A DNA stretch of 64,000 bases from Polaromonas sp. Its GTDB lineage: Bacteria; Pseudomonadota; Gammaproteobacteria; Burkholderiales; Burkholderiaceae_C. The notes beneath the pieces were generated by a model that was not told the origin of the DNA, did no database searches, and was given only the letters and a program-made list of their open reading frames with translations. The position numbers were made by a program, and so were the translations under genes. Of this stretch, positions 27,673 to 36,819 are shown one piece after another; the stretch's first letter is position 1; each line of letters begins with the position of its first letter. The DNA is taken from the NCBI GenBank assembly GCA_046598365.1, contig JBKJIV010000078.1, positions 6,493-70,492 on the forward strand, written 5' to 3'.

Positions 27673-29283
27673 CTACTTTGCCCGCAGTGTGCGGCCAAGC
27701 AGCAGAACCGGCAACAGCCCCACAAGCACCAATGCCAGCGCAGGCAGAGCCGCCTCGCCCAGACGCTCGTCGCGCGCCAGTTGGTAGGTCACCACAGCCA
27801 GCGTGTCGCTGTTGAAAGGGCGCAGCACCAGCGTAGCAGGCAGCTCCTTCATCACGTCGACAAACACCAGCAAGGCGGCAGTGCCCACCGATCGCTTGAG
27901 CAACGGCCAATGTACCTTGGCCAGCAAGCCTGCCCCCTTGGTGCCCAGCATGCGTGCGCTGTCGTCAAAGCTGACGGGGATGCGTGAATAGCCGCTTTGC
28001 ACCGACTGAAGTGCCACCGCGGTGAAGCGTACAAGGTAAGCCCAGACGATGCCCAACACCGTTGCCGTCATCCAGTAGCCCGCAGCCGTTTGCGGAGCTG
28101 CCGCCTGGAGCCAGCCCACCGGCAACAGCAGCCCCACCACAATCACGGCGCCTGGCACGGCGTAACCCAGACTGGCCAGTTGGACCGACGCCCGCGTGAG
28201 AATATGCGGCTGACGGCGCATCGCAAAAGCCAGAGCGATTGCCACCAATGTGGCAAGTGCGGCACTCAGACCGGCAAGCCCCAGGCTGTTGAATGACCAG
28301 CGCGCAAACTGCGCCCACGGCAATTCGCCCCAGCTGGCTACCAGAGGCCGCAACATGAACAGTACCGGCAACACAAAACCCAGCGTGATGGGCACGGCAC
28401 ATACCGCCCACGCGGCGGAAGCCCGCAGCCCGCAAAGTGGCACAGCGGCAGCGTCCGCCGACCCGGCACGAGCTCCTCGTGCGGTGGCAAAACGCATGCG
28501 CTTTTGCGCATGGTGTTCGATCTTCAGCAGCACAGCGACGACCAGCAACAGAGCGGTGGCCAGCTGCGCTGCAGCCTGGCGGTTGTCCATGGCGAGCCAG
28601 GCCTTGTAGATACCAGCGGTAAAGGTCTGGATACCAAAATAACTCGACACGCCGAAATCGGCCAGGGTTTCCATCAATGCCAAGGCAACGCCCGCCGCGA
28701 CGGCAGGCCGGGCCAGCGGCAAGGCCACTTCACGGATTCGTCGCGACAGCGGAGCGCCCAACAGCCGGGCCGCTTCCATCAAATGCACGGCACGCTCGGA
28801 CAAAGCCGTGCGGGCCAACAAATACACATACGGATAAAGCGAAAAAGTAAACACCAGCACCGCACCGCCCAGACTGCGCACATCAGGCAATAGCCGGCCT
28901 TGCAAGCCGAAACTGGCCCTTAACCAGCTTTGCAAGGGGCCGGCGTACTGAAGAAAGTCCGTGTAGGCGTACGCCACCACATACGCCGGCATGGCCAATG
29001 GCAAGAGCAAAGCCCACGAAAAAAACCGACGCCCCGGGAATTCGAACAAGGTCACCGCACAGGCCGTCCCCATTCCAACCAAGGCCACACCAAAAGCCAC
29101 GGAAATGCACAACAACAGGGAAGTGAATGCGTACTCAGGCAACACCGTCTGCAACATTTGCTGCAGGACAGGCAAGGATTGCGCATCCAGATCCAGCCAG
29201 GACAGCATCACCGCCAGGATAGGCAGCGTCAGTACCGTCATGAGCGCAAATAACAGGACAGAGGGCAGAAAGCGACGAATCAT
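27673..29283 (-). CDS. Fe3+ ABC transporter permease (FbpB-like)
   Basis: Duplicated permease with EAARLLG and DSARMLG loops, LAMPAYV, KELPAT. Confidence 0.88.
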   Translation of the reverse strand: MIRRFLPSVLLFALMTVLTLPILAVMLSWLDLDAQSLPVLQQMLQTVLPEYAFTSLLLCISVAFGVALVGMGTACAVTLFEFPGRRFFSWALLLPLAMPAYVVAYAYTDFLQYAGPLQSWLRASFGLQGRLLPDVRSLGGAVLVFTFSLYPYVYLLARTALSERAVHLMEAARLLGAPLSRRIREVALPLARPAVAAGVALALMETLADFGVSSYFGIQTFTAGIYKAWLAMDNRQAAAQLATALLLVVAVLLKIEHHAQKRMRFATARGARAGSADAAAVPLCGLRASAAWAVCAVPITLGFVLPVLFMLRPLVASWGELPWAQFARWSFNSLGLAGLSAALATLVAIALAFAMRRQPHILTRASVQLASLGYAVPGAVIVVGLLLPVGWLQAAAPQTAAGYWMTATVLGIVWAYLVRFTAVALQSVQSGYSRIPVSFDDSARMLGTKGAGLLAKVHWPLLKRSVGTAALLVFVDVMKELPATLVLRPFNSDTLAVVTYQLARDERLGEAALPALALVLVGLLPVLLLGRTLRAK

Positions 29284-29358
29284 GGATTCCAGGAGGTGCG
29301 TGTTACCGATCCGGGCAGCAGGATGCGCGCCGGTTGGCGCGCGTCAAAGGCAGCAACT

Positions 29359-29386
29359 GCAAATGAGAATTGTAAGCATCTACAAT
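29359..29386 (+). promoter_or_regulatory. Fur-like box next to a TACAAT -10 element
   Basis: GCAAATGAGAATTGTAAGC matches the 19-bp Fur consensus at 12/19; lies between the divergent iron ABC genes. Confidence 0.6.
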
Positions 29387-29393
29387 AGCAAGC

Positions 29394-30470
29394 ATGTTTT
29401 TGGACATTTCCCAGCTGGTGGTGCACTACCCAGGACGCTCCCGTCCCGCCGTGAACGGCGTTTCACTGGGGCTGCGAGCAGGGGAGATTGGCGTGCTGAT
29501 CGGGCCCTCCGGCTGCGGCAAAACGACCCTGCTGCGCGCTGTAGCGGGCCTGGAGCGAGCGCAGGCCGGGTCCATCGCCCTGTCGCAGGAAACTGTCAGC
29601 AGCGGCAAGGCCAGTGGAGGGGTTCACGTGCCTGCGGAGCACCGCCGTATTGGGATGGTGTTTCAGGACTTCGCGTTGTTTCCTCATCTGGACGTTTGGC
29701 ATAACGTGGCATTTGGGTTGACGCATTTGAACCAGGCCCAACGCCTGCAGCGTATCAGCGAAGTGCTGGAGCTGGTCGGCCTGGGCAACATACACAAACA
29801 CTACCCGCATGAATTGTCGGGCGGTCAGCAGCAACGAGTGGCCTTGGCCCGCGCACTTGCGCCCAAGCCGCGCCTGCTACTGCTCGATGAGCCATTTTCC
29901 AATCTGGATGTGGACTTGCGTGAGCGCCTGGCGCACGAGGTGCGGGGTATCCTGAAGCTGGCTGGCGCAACCGCCCTGTTTGTCACCCACGATCAGCTGG
30001 AAGCTTTTGCCATCGGTGACCGCATCGGTGTCATGCATGAAGGGGAGCTTCACCAATGGGACGATGCTTACGAGTTGTACCACCGACCTGCGACACGCTT
30101 CGTAGCCGACTTCATCGGCCACGGTGTATTTACCCGCGCCCGTATTGCCCAACAAGGCGACAACGTCGTTGTACATACAGCGCTGGGGGATTTGAGTGAT
30201 GTGTTGGAGTGCCCGCTTCCAGCAGCGTATGCCGATGGGGTGTGCGACGTGCTGCTGCGTGCCGATGACATTGTTCATGACGACTCAGCGCCGGTGAAGG
30301 CGCAAATTCTGCGCAAGACCTTCCGTGGCTCTGAGTTTTTATACACGCTCAGGCTTGGATCCGGGGAAACGGTGATGGCACACGTTCCTTCACACCATGA
30401 TCACGCCATTGGTGAATGGATTGGCATCCGCGCAGAAGTCGACCATGTGGTGACTTTTCAGCCCGAGTAA
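29394..30470 (+). CDS. Fe3+ ABC transporter ATP-binding protein (FbpC-like)
   Basis: GPSGCGKTT, LSGGQQQR, LLLLDEP, C-terminal TOBE-like region. Confidence 0.9.
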   Translation: MFLDISQLVVHYPGRSRPAVNGVSLGLRAGEIGVLIGPSGCGKTTLLRAVAGLERAQAGSIALSQETVSSGKASGGVHVPAEHRRIGMVFQDFALFPHLDVWHNVAFGLTHLNQAQRLQRISEVLELVGLGNIHKHYPHELSGGQQQRVALARALAPKPRLLLLDEPFSNLDVDLRERLAHEVRGILKLAGATALFVTHDQLEAFAIGDRIGVMHEGELHQWDDAYELYHRPATRFVADFIGHGVFTRARIAQQGDNVVVHTALGDLSDVLECPLPAAYADGVCDVLLRADDIVHDDSAPVKAQILRKTFRGSEFLYTLRLGSGETVMAHVPSHHDHAIGEWIGIRAEVDHVVTFQPE

Positions 30471-30507
30471 GACAGCCTGCAACGCGTCCGTTTGCGAAAA
30501 AAAATTC

Positions 30508-31251
30508 CTACTGTGAATTGCTGAGCAATTGCTCGACGTTTCGCTGCAGATCCGCCGCCCAGGTTCGCCGGTCACGGCCATTAGAACGTTGGGGCTCGCC
30601 GAAAGTGACTTCGGCTCGAAGGTTGCCGACACACAGTGTTTCCCAGATCGACACGAAGATGGAGTCATCATCAATGTAGCGAGGCGCAAAACTGGTTTCA
30701 CCTGTCTGCGCATCAACAAAACGCAGCGCAATGGGTTGAACCGGGGCGTCAACAGAAATCGCAGCCTGGAGCAAATTGGCGTGAAACGGCTTGAGCACGA
30801 TGCCATTGCCGGTTGTGCCCTCGGGGAACACGGCCAGCACCTCTCCCAACTGCAAGCGTTCGGCCATTTGGTGCACAAGACGGTGAGCGTCGCGTCTGGA
30901 TTCCCGTTCGATGTACAAGGTACCCGCGCCCGCCGCCAATGTCCCCACGAGGGGCCAATGCTTGATGTCAGACTTGGAGACAAAACGGCAGTAGCGCGAA
31001 GCGTGCATCACGACAATGTCCAACCAGGAAAGGTGGTTGGCCACCAGCAGCGCGGGGCCGCTCGCCACGGGCGTACCGCGCACAAAAAGCGAAATGCCCA
31101 CGCCCCGCAGCATTTCCTGGGCCCAGGTGTGAACCCGCGTTTCCTTTGCGCTTTGTGCAAGCTTGGGGAACACGATGACGATGGTCCACATGCCGCCCAC
31201 AATATGACTCAGCGCCCATAGCAGGCGCCAGACAGCCCGTAATTGGCGCAT
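30508..31251 (-). CDS. Lysophospholipid acyltransferase (PlsC-like)
   Basis: NHLSWLD and FPEGTT motifs. Confidence 0.88.
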   Translation of the reverse strand: MRQLRAVWRLLWALSHIVGGMWTIVIVFPKLAQSAKETRVHTWAQEMLRGVGISLFVRGTPVASGPALLVANHLSWLDIVVMHASRYCRFVSKSDIKHWPLVGTLAAGAGTLYIERESRRDAHRLVHQMAERLQLGEVLAVFPEGTTGNGIVLKPFHANLLQAAISVDAPVQPIALRFVDAQTGETSFAPRYIDDDSIFVSIWETLCVGNLRAEVTFGEPQRSNGRDRRTWAADLQRNVEQLLSNSQ

Positions 31252-31256
31252 GCCCC

Positions 31257-32549
31257 TCAAGCCTCGTACGCGATTTGCCCGCCGACCAGCGTCCACCGCA
31301 CCCGCGCTGGCATCTGGTACCCGGAAAACGGCGTGTGCTTGCCCTGGCTGCGCAATGCGTCGGACTGGACCGTCCACTCGGCCACGGGGTCAAAGATACA
31401 AATGTCTGCAACTCCGCCTTTTACCAACTGCCCGGCACTGGCCTGCAGGGTTCCCAAGGTAGTGCCCAGCACACGGGCCGGCTCGCTGGTGAGTACCGCC
31501 AGCGCACGAGACAGTCCCGCTCCACTGTCCAGGCCCCACTTGCAAGCCAGACCCAGCAACAATTCCAAACCCGTCGCGCCCGGCTCGGCTTCGGCAAAAG
31601 GCAGAGTTTTCGCATCCGCCTCTACAGGCGTATGGTCGGACACCAGCGCGTCGATGGTGCCATCGGCCAAGGCTTGGCGCAGCGCATCGCGGTCTCGCTG
31701 CTGTCGCAGCGGGGGATTCAGGCGCATGCGGCTATCGAAATAACCAATGTCGGTATCCAGCAAGTGCAGGCTGTTGATGCTGACGTCCGCAGTGACGCTC
31801 AAACCGTCAGCTTTTGCCCGGGCCAGCAGAGCCACCCCGGCTGCGCTGCTGAGACGGCAAATATGCACTCTCGCACCGGTGACACGCATCAACTCAAAAA
31901 GGGTATGCAAGGCTATGGTTTCAGCCGCTACAGGCACGCCGCTCAGGCCGAGCCGGGTGGCGAGCGCTCCGCTGGCCGCAACCCCCGCGCCCAACCAGCT
32001 GTCTTGGGGCCGCAACCACACGGTGTAGCCAAAGCTGGCAGCGTATTGCAAAGCACGCAACAAGACCTGTGTGTTGGCCAGCGGCACATCGGCCTGGCTG
32101 AAACCAACACAGCCGGCCTCAGTGAGTTCAACCATTTCCGTCAGCGCCTGCCCTTGCAGCGCCCGTGTCAAGGCGCCCAGTGGAAACACACGCGACTGGT
32201 GCTGCTTCTCGGCGCGGAATTTCAACATCTCAACCAGCCCCGGCTCGTCCAACACGGGGTCCGTGTCTGGCGGACAAATGAGGCTGGTCACCCCGCCCGC
32301 TACTGCTGCTGCCAACTCGCTTTCGAGCATGCCTTCGTGCTCATGGCCAGGCTCGCGCAAGCGTGCGCAGAGATCAATCAAACCAGGGGCGACGACGCAA
32401 CCCGCTGCATCAATCGTCCGGTTGGGTGAGAAATCAGGCAGCGTGTTTTTCAATGACACGATACGGCCGGCGGCAATGGCCACATCGCCGATTTCGTCGA
32501 GACCGGAGGCCGGGTCGATCACGCGGCCATTTTTGATCAGTATTTTCAT
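31257..32549 (-). CDS. pyrC: Dihydroorotase-like protein (PyrC', probably non-catalytic)
   Basis: PGLIDLCARLREPG, NPPLR, SDHTP; downstream of pyrB; start MKILIKNG. Confidence 0.88.
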   Translation of the reverse strand: MKILIKNGRVIDPASGLDEIGDVAIAAGRIVSLKNTLPDFSPNRTIDAAGCVVAPGLIDLCARLREPGHEHEGMLESELAAAVAGGVTSLICPPDTDPVLDEPGLVEMLKFRAEKQHQSRVFPLGALTRALQGQALTEMVELTEAGCVGFSQADVPLANTQVLLRALQYAASFGYTVWLRPQDSWLGAGVAASGALATRLGLSGVPVAAETIALHTLFELMRVTGARVHICRLSSAAGVALLARAKADGLSVTADVSINSLHLLDTDIGYFDSRMRLNPPLRQQRDRDALRQALADGTIDALVSDHTPVEADAKTLPFAEAEPGATGLELLLGLACKWGLDSGAGLSRALAVLTSEPARVLGTTLGTLQASAGQLVKGGVADICIFDPVAEWTVQSDALRSQGKHTPFSGYQMPARVRWTLVGGQIAYEA

Positions 32550-32605
32550 TGGGGTTCTCCGCAACACGCGAAGCGACAAGCGCCGCGATGAAGGTGAGCA
32601 GCGCA

Positions 32606-32673
32606 GGGCCGCCCCAAGCAAGCACAGCCCCCTAGGGGGGCAGCGTAGTACGCGAAGCGACAAGCGTGGGGGC
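32606..32673 (+). repeat. 68-bp GC-rich dispersed repeat, copy 2 (pyrB-pyrC' spacer)
   Basis: GGGCCGCCCCAAG...GCCCCCTAGGGGGGCAGCG...CAAGCGTGGGGGC; the 17-mer ACGCGAAGCGACAAGCG occurs at 32566-32582 and 32650-32666. Confidence 0.85.
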
Positions 32674-32679
32674 TAATCT

Positions 32680-33642
32680 TCATGCTTCGTTTCCCGCAAC
32701 AATGCTCATCACTGCCATGCGCACGGCAATACCGAACGTGACCTGCGGCAGGATGACGCTTTGCGCACCATCCACCACAGCCGAGTCGATCTCCACTCCG
32801 CGGTTGATCGGTCCGGGGTGCATGACGATGGCGTCGGGTTTGGCGAGCTGCAGCTTTTCGTTGGTCAGGCCAAAGCTCTTGAAGAACTCCTGACTGCTGG
32901 GCAACAAGGCGCCTGACATGCGCTCGCTCTGCAGCCTGAGCATGATGATGACATCGGCCCCCTTGACGCCCTCTTCCAGCGTGTGACATACGCGCACACC
33001 CATTTGAGCCATATCGGCGGGCACCAGGGTTTTAGGCCCCACCACGCGCACCTCTGGACAACCCAGCGTGGTCAGTGCGTGAATGTCGGACCGGGCGACG
33101 CGAGAATGCAGCACATCCCCAACAATTGCCACCGTCAGCTGGCTAAAGTCCTTCTTGTAGTGGCGGATGGTGTACATGTCCAGCAGCCCCTGAGTCGGGT
33201 GCGCATGGCGACCGTCTCCGGCATTGATCACATGCACATGCGGCGCCACATGCTGAGCTATCAGGTATGGCGCGCCCGATTCGCCGTGGCGCACCACGAA
33301 GAGGTCGGCGGCCATGGCACTGAGGTTGGAGATGGTGTCGAGCAAGGATTCGCCCTTGGAGGCCGACGAGCGTGCGATGTCAAGATTGATCACGTCAGCC
33401 GACAAGCGGGTAGCTGCTATCTCAAACGTGGTGCGGGTGCGGGTGGAGTTTTCGAAAAAGAGATTGAAGACGCTTTTGCCGCGAAGCAGCGGTACCTTCT
33501 TGACCTCCCGGTCGCTGACGCTGACAAAGCTTGCGGCGGTATCAAGGATTTGCGTCAGCGTGGCTTTAGGCAAACCTTCAATGGAGAGCAGATGAATCAG
33601 CTCGCCGTTTTTATTGAACTGCGGATTTCTTCGGTACAGCAC
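32680..33642 (-). CDS. pyrB: Aspartate carbamoyltransferase catalytic subunit
   Basis: [23 protein letters not shown]. Confidence 0.97.
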   Translation of the reverse strand: MLYRRNPQFNKNGELIHLLSIEGLPKATLTQILDTAASFVSVSDREVKKVPLLRGKSVFNLFFENSTRTRTTFEIAATRLSADVINLDIARSSASKGESLLDTISNLSAMAADLFVVRHGESGAPYLIAQHVAPHVHVINAGDGRHAHPTQGLLDMYTIRHYKKDFSQLTVAIVGDVLHSRVARSDIHALTTLGCPEVRVVGPKTLVPADMAQMGVRVCHTLEEGVKGADVIIMLRLQSERMSGALLPSSQEFFKSFGLTNEKLQLAKPDAIVMHPGPINRGVEIDSAVVDGAQSVILPQVTFGIAVRMAVMSIVAGNEA

Positions 33643-33685
33643 AGTTAACCCTTACGAACGGTGGTAGCCCCGCCAATGGATGGAT

Positions 33686-34198
33686 TCATGTCATTGCCCC
33701 TTGCACTTGAAAACTGAAACGACCGTCGTCACCGCGCGCCAATGCCAGCGACTGGGATGCGGGCAGCGCAACCCTGGCCGCAGCAAACTCCGCCTGTATC
33801 GGCAACTCCCGTCCGCCCCGGTCAACCAAGACCACCAGTTTGACGCTGGCCGGACGGCCATAGTCAAACAACTCATTGAGGACGGCCCGGATGGTGCGAC
33901 CGGTGTAGAGAACATCGTCAAGCACGATCAGGTCGGTGCCGTTGACATCAAAGGGCAACACCGTTTGCCCACTGGCCGACAGGCCGCGCCGGGAAAAATC
34001 ATCACGGTGCATGGCAGAAGAAAGGGTTCCCACTTCTTCTGTCAATTCCAGATCGGTGCGCAGGCGCTCCGCCAACCAAACACCGCCGGAAGCTACACCG
34101 ACCAGTCGGGGCGTCACGGCATAGGTCGTCAATAGCTGCTGCATGCTGCGAAGGACTTCGCGGTACAGCGCTTCGGCGTCCAGCGTCAGGTTGGTCAT
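33686..34198 (-). CDS. pyrR: PyrR pyrimidine regulator / UPRTase-like protein
   Basis: LDDVLYTGRTIRA, LVDRGGRELPI. Confidence 0.92.
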   Translation of the reverse strand: MTNLTLDAEALYREVLRSMQQLLTTYAVTPRLVGVASGGVWLAERLRTDLELTEEVGTLSSAMHRDDFSRRGLSASGQTVLPFDVNGTDLIVLDDVLYTGRTIRAVLNELFDYGRPASVKLVVLVDRGGRELPIQAEFAAARVALPASQSLALARGDDGRFSFQVQGAMT

Positions 34199-34611
34199 GT
34201 GAGGTTCCTCAAAAACTGCTCCAGAATTATGCCGGCTGATGCCGCGTCGGCGTCACTCGCGCCTTGAGACAGGGCCTCGGTGGTGGTGTAACGCTCGTCC
34301 ACCTCAAACACCTGCAGACCAAACCGGCCACGTAACTGGCGGGCAAATTTTTGGGCGCGCGCAGTGTTGTCGTGGCTGGCGCCGTCAGGATAAAAAGGAA
34401 TGCCTACCACCAGTGCGTCGGGTTGCCACTCCCTGATTTTCAGCGCTATGGCAGCGAAACGGGCATCCCCGGTGGCGGCGATGCTGCCCTGTGGTGTGGC
34501 CGTACGGGTGAGCCGGTTACCGGTGGCAACCCCGGTACGTTTGAGGCCAAAGTCAAAAGCGAGGAATGTTTGCAGCTCAGCGGCCATGGCAGGCTGGGCT
34601 ACAACGTTCAT
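34195..34611 (-). CDS. yqgF: YqgF/RuvX pre-16S rRNA nuclease
   Basis: LAFDFGLKRTGVA, VDERYTT, DAASAGIILE. Confidence 0.92.
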   Translation of the reverse strand: MNVVAQPAMAAELQTFLAFDFGLKRTGVATGNRLTRTATPQGSIAATGDARFAAIALKIREWQPDALVVGIPFYPDGASHDNTARAQKFARQLRGRFGLQVFEVDERYTTTEALSQGASDADAASAGIILEQFLRNLT

Positions 34612-35195
34612 GCGTGCCCGGCCTCGGGCGACAGCATCCAGCTTTGCAAGCCGAGCAGCAGCAGCGCCTTGTCGTACCGTTGCTCCACGGGCGTATCAAA
34701 AATCAGCGACAGATCGGCCTCCACGGTCAGCCAGCTGTTGTCAGATATTTCAGACTCCAGTTGCCCCTCACCCCACGCCGAGTATCCCAATGACACGAAC
34801 ACCTTGCGCGGTCCCGCACCGGTAGACAGTGCCTCCAGGACGTCTTTGGAAGTCGTCATCTCGAGTCCTCCGGGAATCGTCATCGTGGAAGCGTAAACCG
34901 ATTCGTTGCCAGCAAGCATGCACTCGTGAAGGACAAAACCGCGTTCGGTCTGCACCGGGCCGCCCTGGAAGACGGGAGACTGCGTCAGATCATCACGCCT
35001 AAGGGGAAGTGCAACCTTGTCGAACAGGTTTTTGAGATTGATGTCACTGGGCTTGTTGATCACCAGCCCCAAGGCGCCCCGATCGCTGTGCTCGCACATA
35101 AAGATCACGCTTTTGGCAAAGGCTTCGTCGTCAAGCCCCGGCATGGCAATCAAAAAGTGGTTCGTGAGATTGATCGGTGCAGAATCCATGGCCAT
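34608..35195 (-). CDS. yqgE: YqgE/AlgH family protein
   Basis: HFLIAMP, GGPVQTERGFVLH, GYSAWGEGQLE, C-terminal AGHA. Confidence 0.93.
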   Translation of the reverse strand: MAMDSAPINLTNHFLIAMPGLDDEAFAKSVIFMCEHSDRGALGLVINKPSDINLKNLFDKVALPLRRDDLTQSPVFQGGPVQTERGFVLHECMLAGNESVYASTMTIPGGLEMTTSKDVLEALSTGAGPRKVFVSLGYSAWGEGQLESEISDNSWLTVEADLSLIFDTPVEQRYDKALLLLGLQSWMLSPEAGHA

Positions 35196-35304
35196 GCCGC
35201 GATTTTACGCACAGAGGGCCGTTGAAGGAAGAAAACCATTTGAAGTCGACGAGTGCCCGCGTCTAACCGGTGCGAAAAATGTCGCAACAAGGCAAACTCC
35301 TGCG

Positions 35305-36783
35305 ATGACGAAGCAATACGAGACTGGGTTGATGTGGTTCCGGCGCGACCTGCGGGTTGAGGACAATGCCGCGCTGCATCAGGCGCTCAAATCGTGTCGG
35401 CAGGTATTTTGCGTCTTTGTGCTGGACCGTGACATTCTGGACAAGCTTGCGCGCGCAGACCGACGGGTTGAATTCATACGCGAATCGCTGGTAGACCTGG
35501 ACGGGCAATTGCGGCAATTAGCCAGTCAACATGGCTGTCACAAAGGCGGGCTGATTGTTCTGCACGCAGGGGCAGCGCAGGCCTTGCCTGACCTGGCCGT
35601 GACCCTGACAGCCAATGCTGTATTTGCCAACCATGACGATGAACCCTACTCACTGGAGCGCGACGCCACAGTGGGCCACGCACTGGCGCGATCCGGCAAG
35701 GCATTCCACACCTTCAAGGATCACCTGATTTTCGAGCGCACGGAAGTGCTGACCCAAAGCGGCAAACCGTATAGCGTGTTCACGCCATACAAAAATGCGT
35801 GGCTCAAGAAGGTGGACGACTTCTACCTGAAGCCTTACCCCGTGCGTCTGTACGGCGCTGCATTGGCCGACAGACCTGCAACATATGGCATGCCTGTTCC
35901 TGCGCTGGCCGACATTGGTTTTGAACAAACCAACCTCGCCACCTTGAAAATTCCGACGGGCAGCACCGGCGCTGCAGGTCTTGTTAAGGAGTTTCTGGGT
36001 CGCATCGACCGCTACCATGACACGCGTGATTTTCCGGCCATCAAAGGGCCGAGTTATCTGGGCGTTCATCTGCGCTTTGGCACGTTCTCCATACGCCATC
36101 TGGCAGCAACTGCTCTCCGTTTGCAACGCCAGGGCAGTCCAGGCGCCGCGGTGTGGTTAAGCGAGTTGATCTGGCGGGATTTTTACGCTCAGATTCTGAG
36201 CAACTTTCCGCACGCGGTATCTCGCTCTTTCAAGCCGGCGTATGACGCGATTGCATGGGAAGGGGGCGATAAGGCCGAAACGCTTTACGCCGCCTGGTGC
36301 GACGGCAAAACCGGCTATCCGCTGGTGGATGCCGCGATGGCTCAGATCAGACAAACCGGGTACATGCACAACCGCTTGCGCATGGTGACCGCGAGCTTTC
36401 TGGTGAAGGACCTGGGGCTGGACTGGCGCTGGGGTGAACGCTATTTTGCCGAGCATCTCAATGACTTTGATCTGTCAGCCAACAACGGAGGTTGGCAATG
36501 GGCCTCCAGCAGCGGCTGCGATGCGCAACCCTATTTCCGGATTTTCAATCCCGTCAGTCAAAGTGAGAAGTTTGACGCAGAGGGGAAGTTCATCCGCAAG
36601 TACTTGCCCCAGCTTGCAGGGTTGCCAAACGCAGCGCTGCACAGTCCTTGGCTTGCCAGTCCCTTGGAGCTAGAGGCAGCCGGAGTGCGCTTGGGGGAGA
36701 ACTATCCCTACCCCGTAGTGGATCACGCGGAGGCCAGAACCCGGACAATGACGCGTTATGCCTGTGTGTCCAAACGGCCCTGA
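35305..36783 (+). CDS. phrB: Deoxyribodipyrimidine photolyase / cryptochrome family protein
   Basis: WFRRDLRVEDN, TGYPLVDAAM, HNRLRM, NNGGWQW, RIFNP. Confidence 0.9.
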   Translation: MTKQYETGLMWFRRDLRVEDNAALHQALKSCRQVFCVFVLDRDILDKLARADRRVEFIRESLVDLDGQLRQLASQHGCHKGGLIVLHAGAAQALPDLAVTLTANAVFANHDDEPYSLERDATVGHALARSGKAFHTFKDHLIFERTEVLTQSGKPYSVFTPYKNAWLKKVDDFYLKPYPVRLYGAALADRPATYGMPVPALADIGFEQTNLATLKIPTGSTGAAGLVKEFLGRIDRYHDTRDFPAIKGPSYLGVHLRFGTFSIRHLAATALRLQRQGSPGAAVWLSELIWRDFYAQILSNFPHAVSRSFKPAYDAIAWEGGDKAETLYAAWCDGKTGYPLVDAAMAQIRQTGYMHNRLRMVTASFLVKDLGLDWRWGERYFAEHLNDFDLSANNGGWQWASSSGCDAQPYFRIFNPVSQSEKFDAEGKFIRKYLPQLAGLPNAALHSPWLASPLELEAAGVRLGENYPYPVVDHAEARTRTMTRYACVSKRP

Positions 36784-36819
36784 TCGCCAGTGGCTACGAT
36801 GTCAATACCCCATCAATCT

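Noticed and set aside
32550-32663. N-terminal extension of pyrC' through the repeat (track start 32663)
   Set aside because: MKILIKNG at 32549 has a GGAG RBS and is the family-typical start; unlike queF, nothing forces translation of the repeat
32566-32666. 17-bp direct repeats as a mini-CRISPR or att sites
   Set aside because: Only two short copies, no cas or integrase gene, and one copy is internal to the dispersed repeat
33643-33685. PyrR attenuator before pyrB
   Set aside because: The 43-nt spacer has no recognisable PyrR-binding loop or terminator
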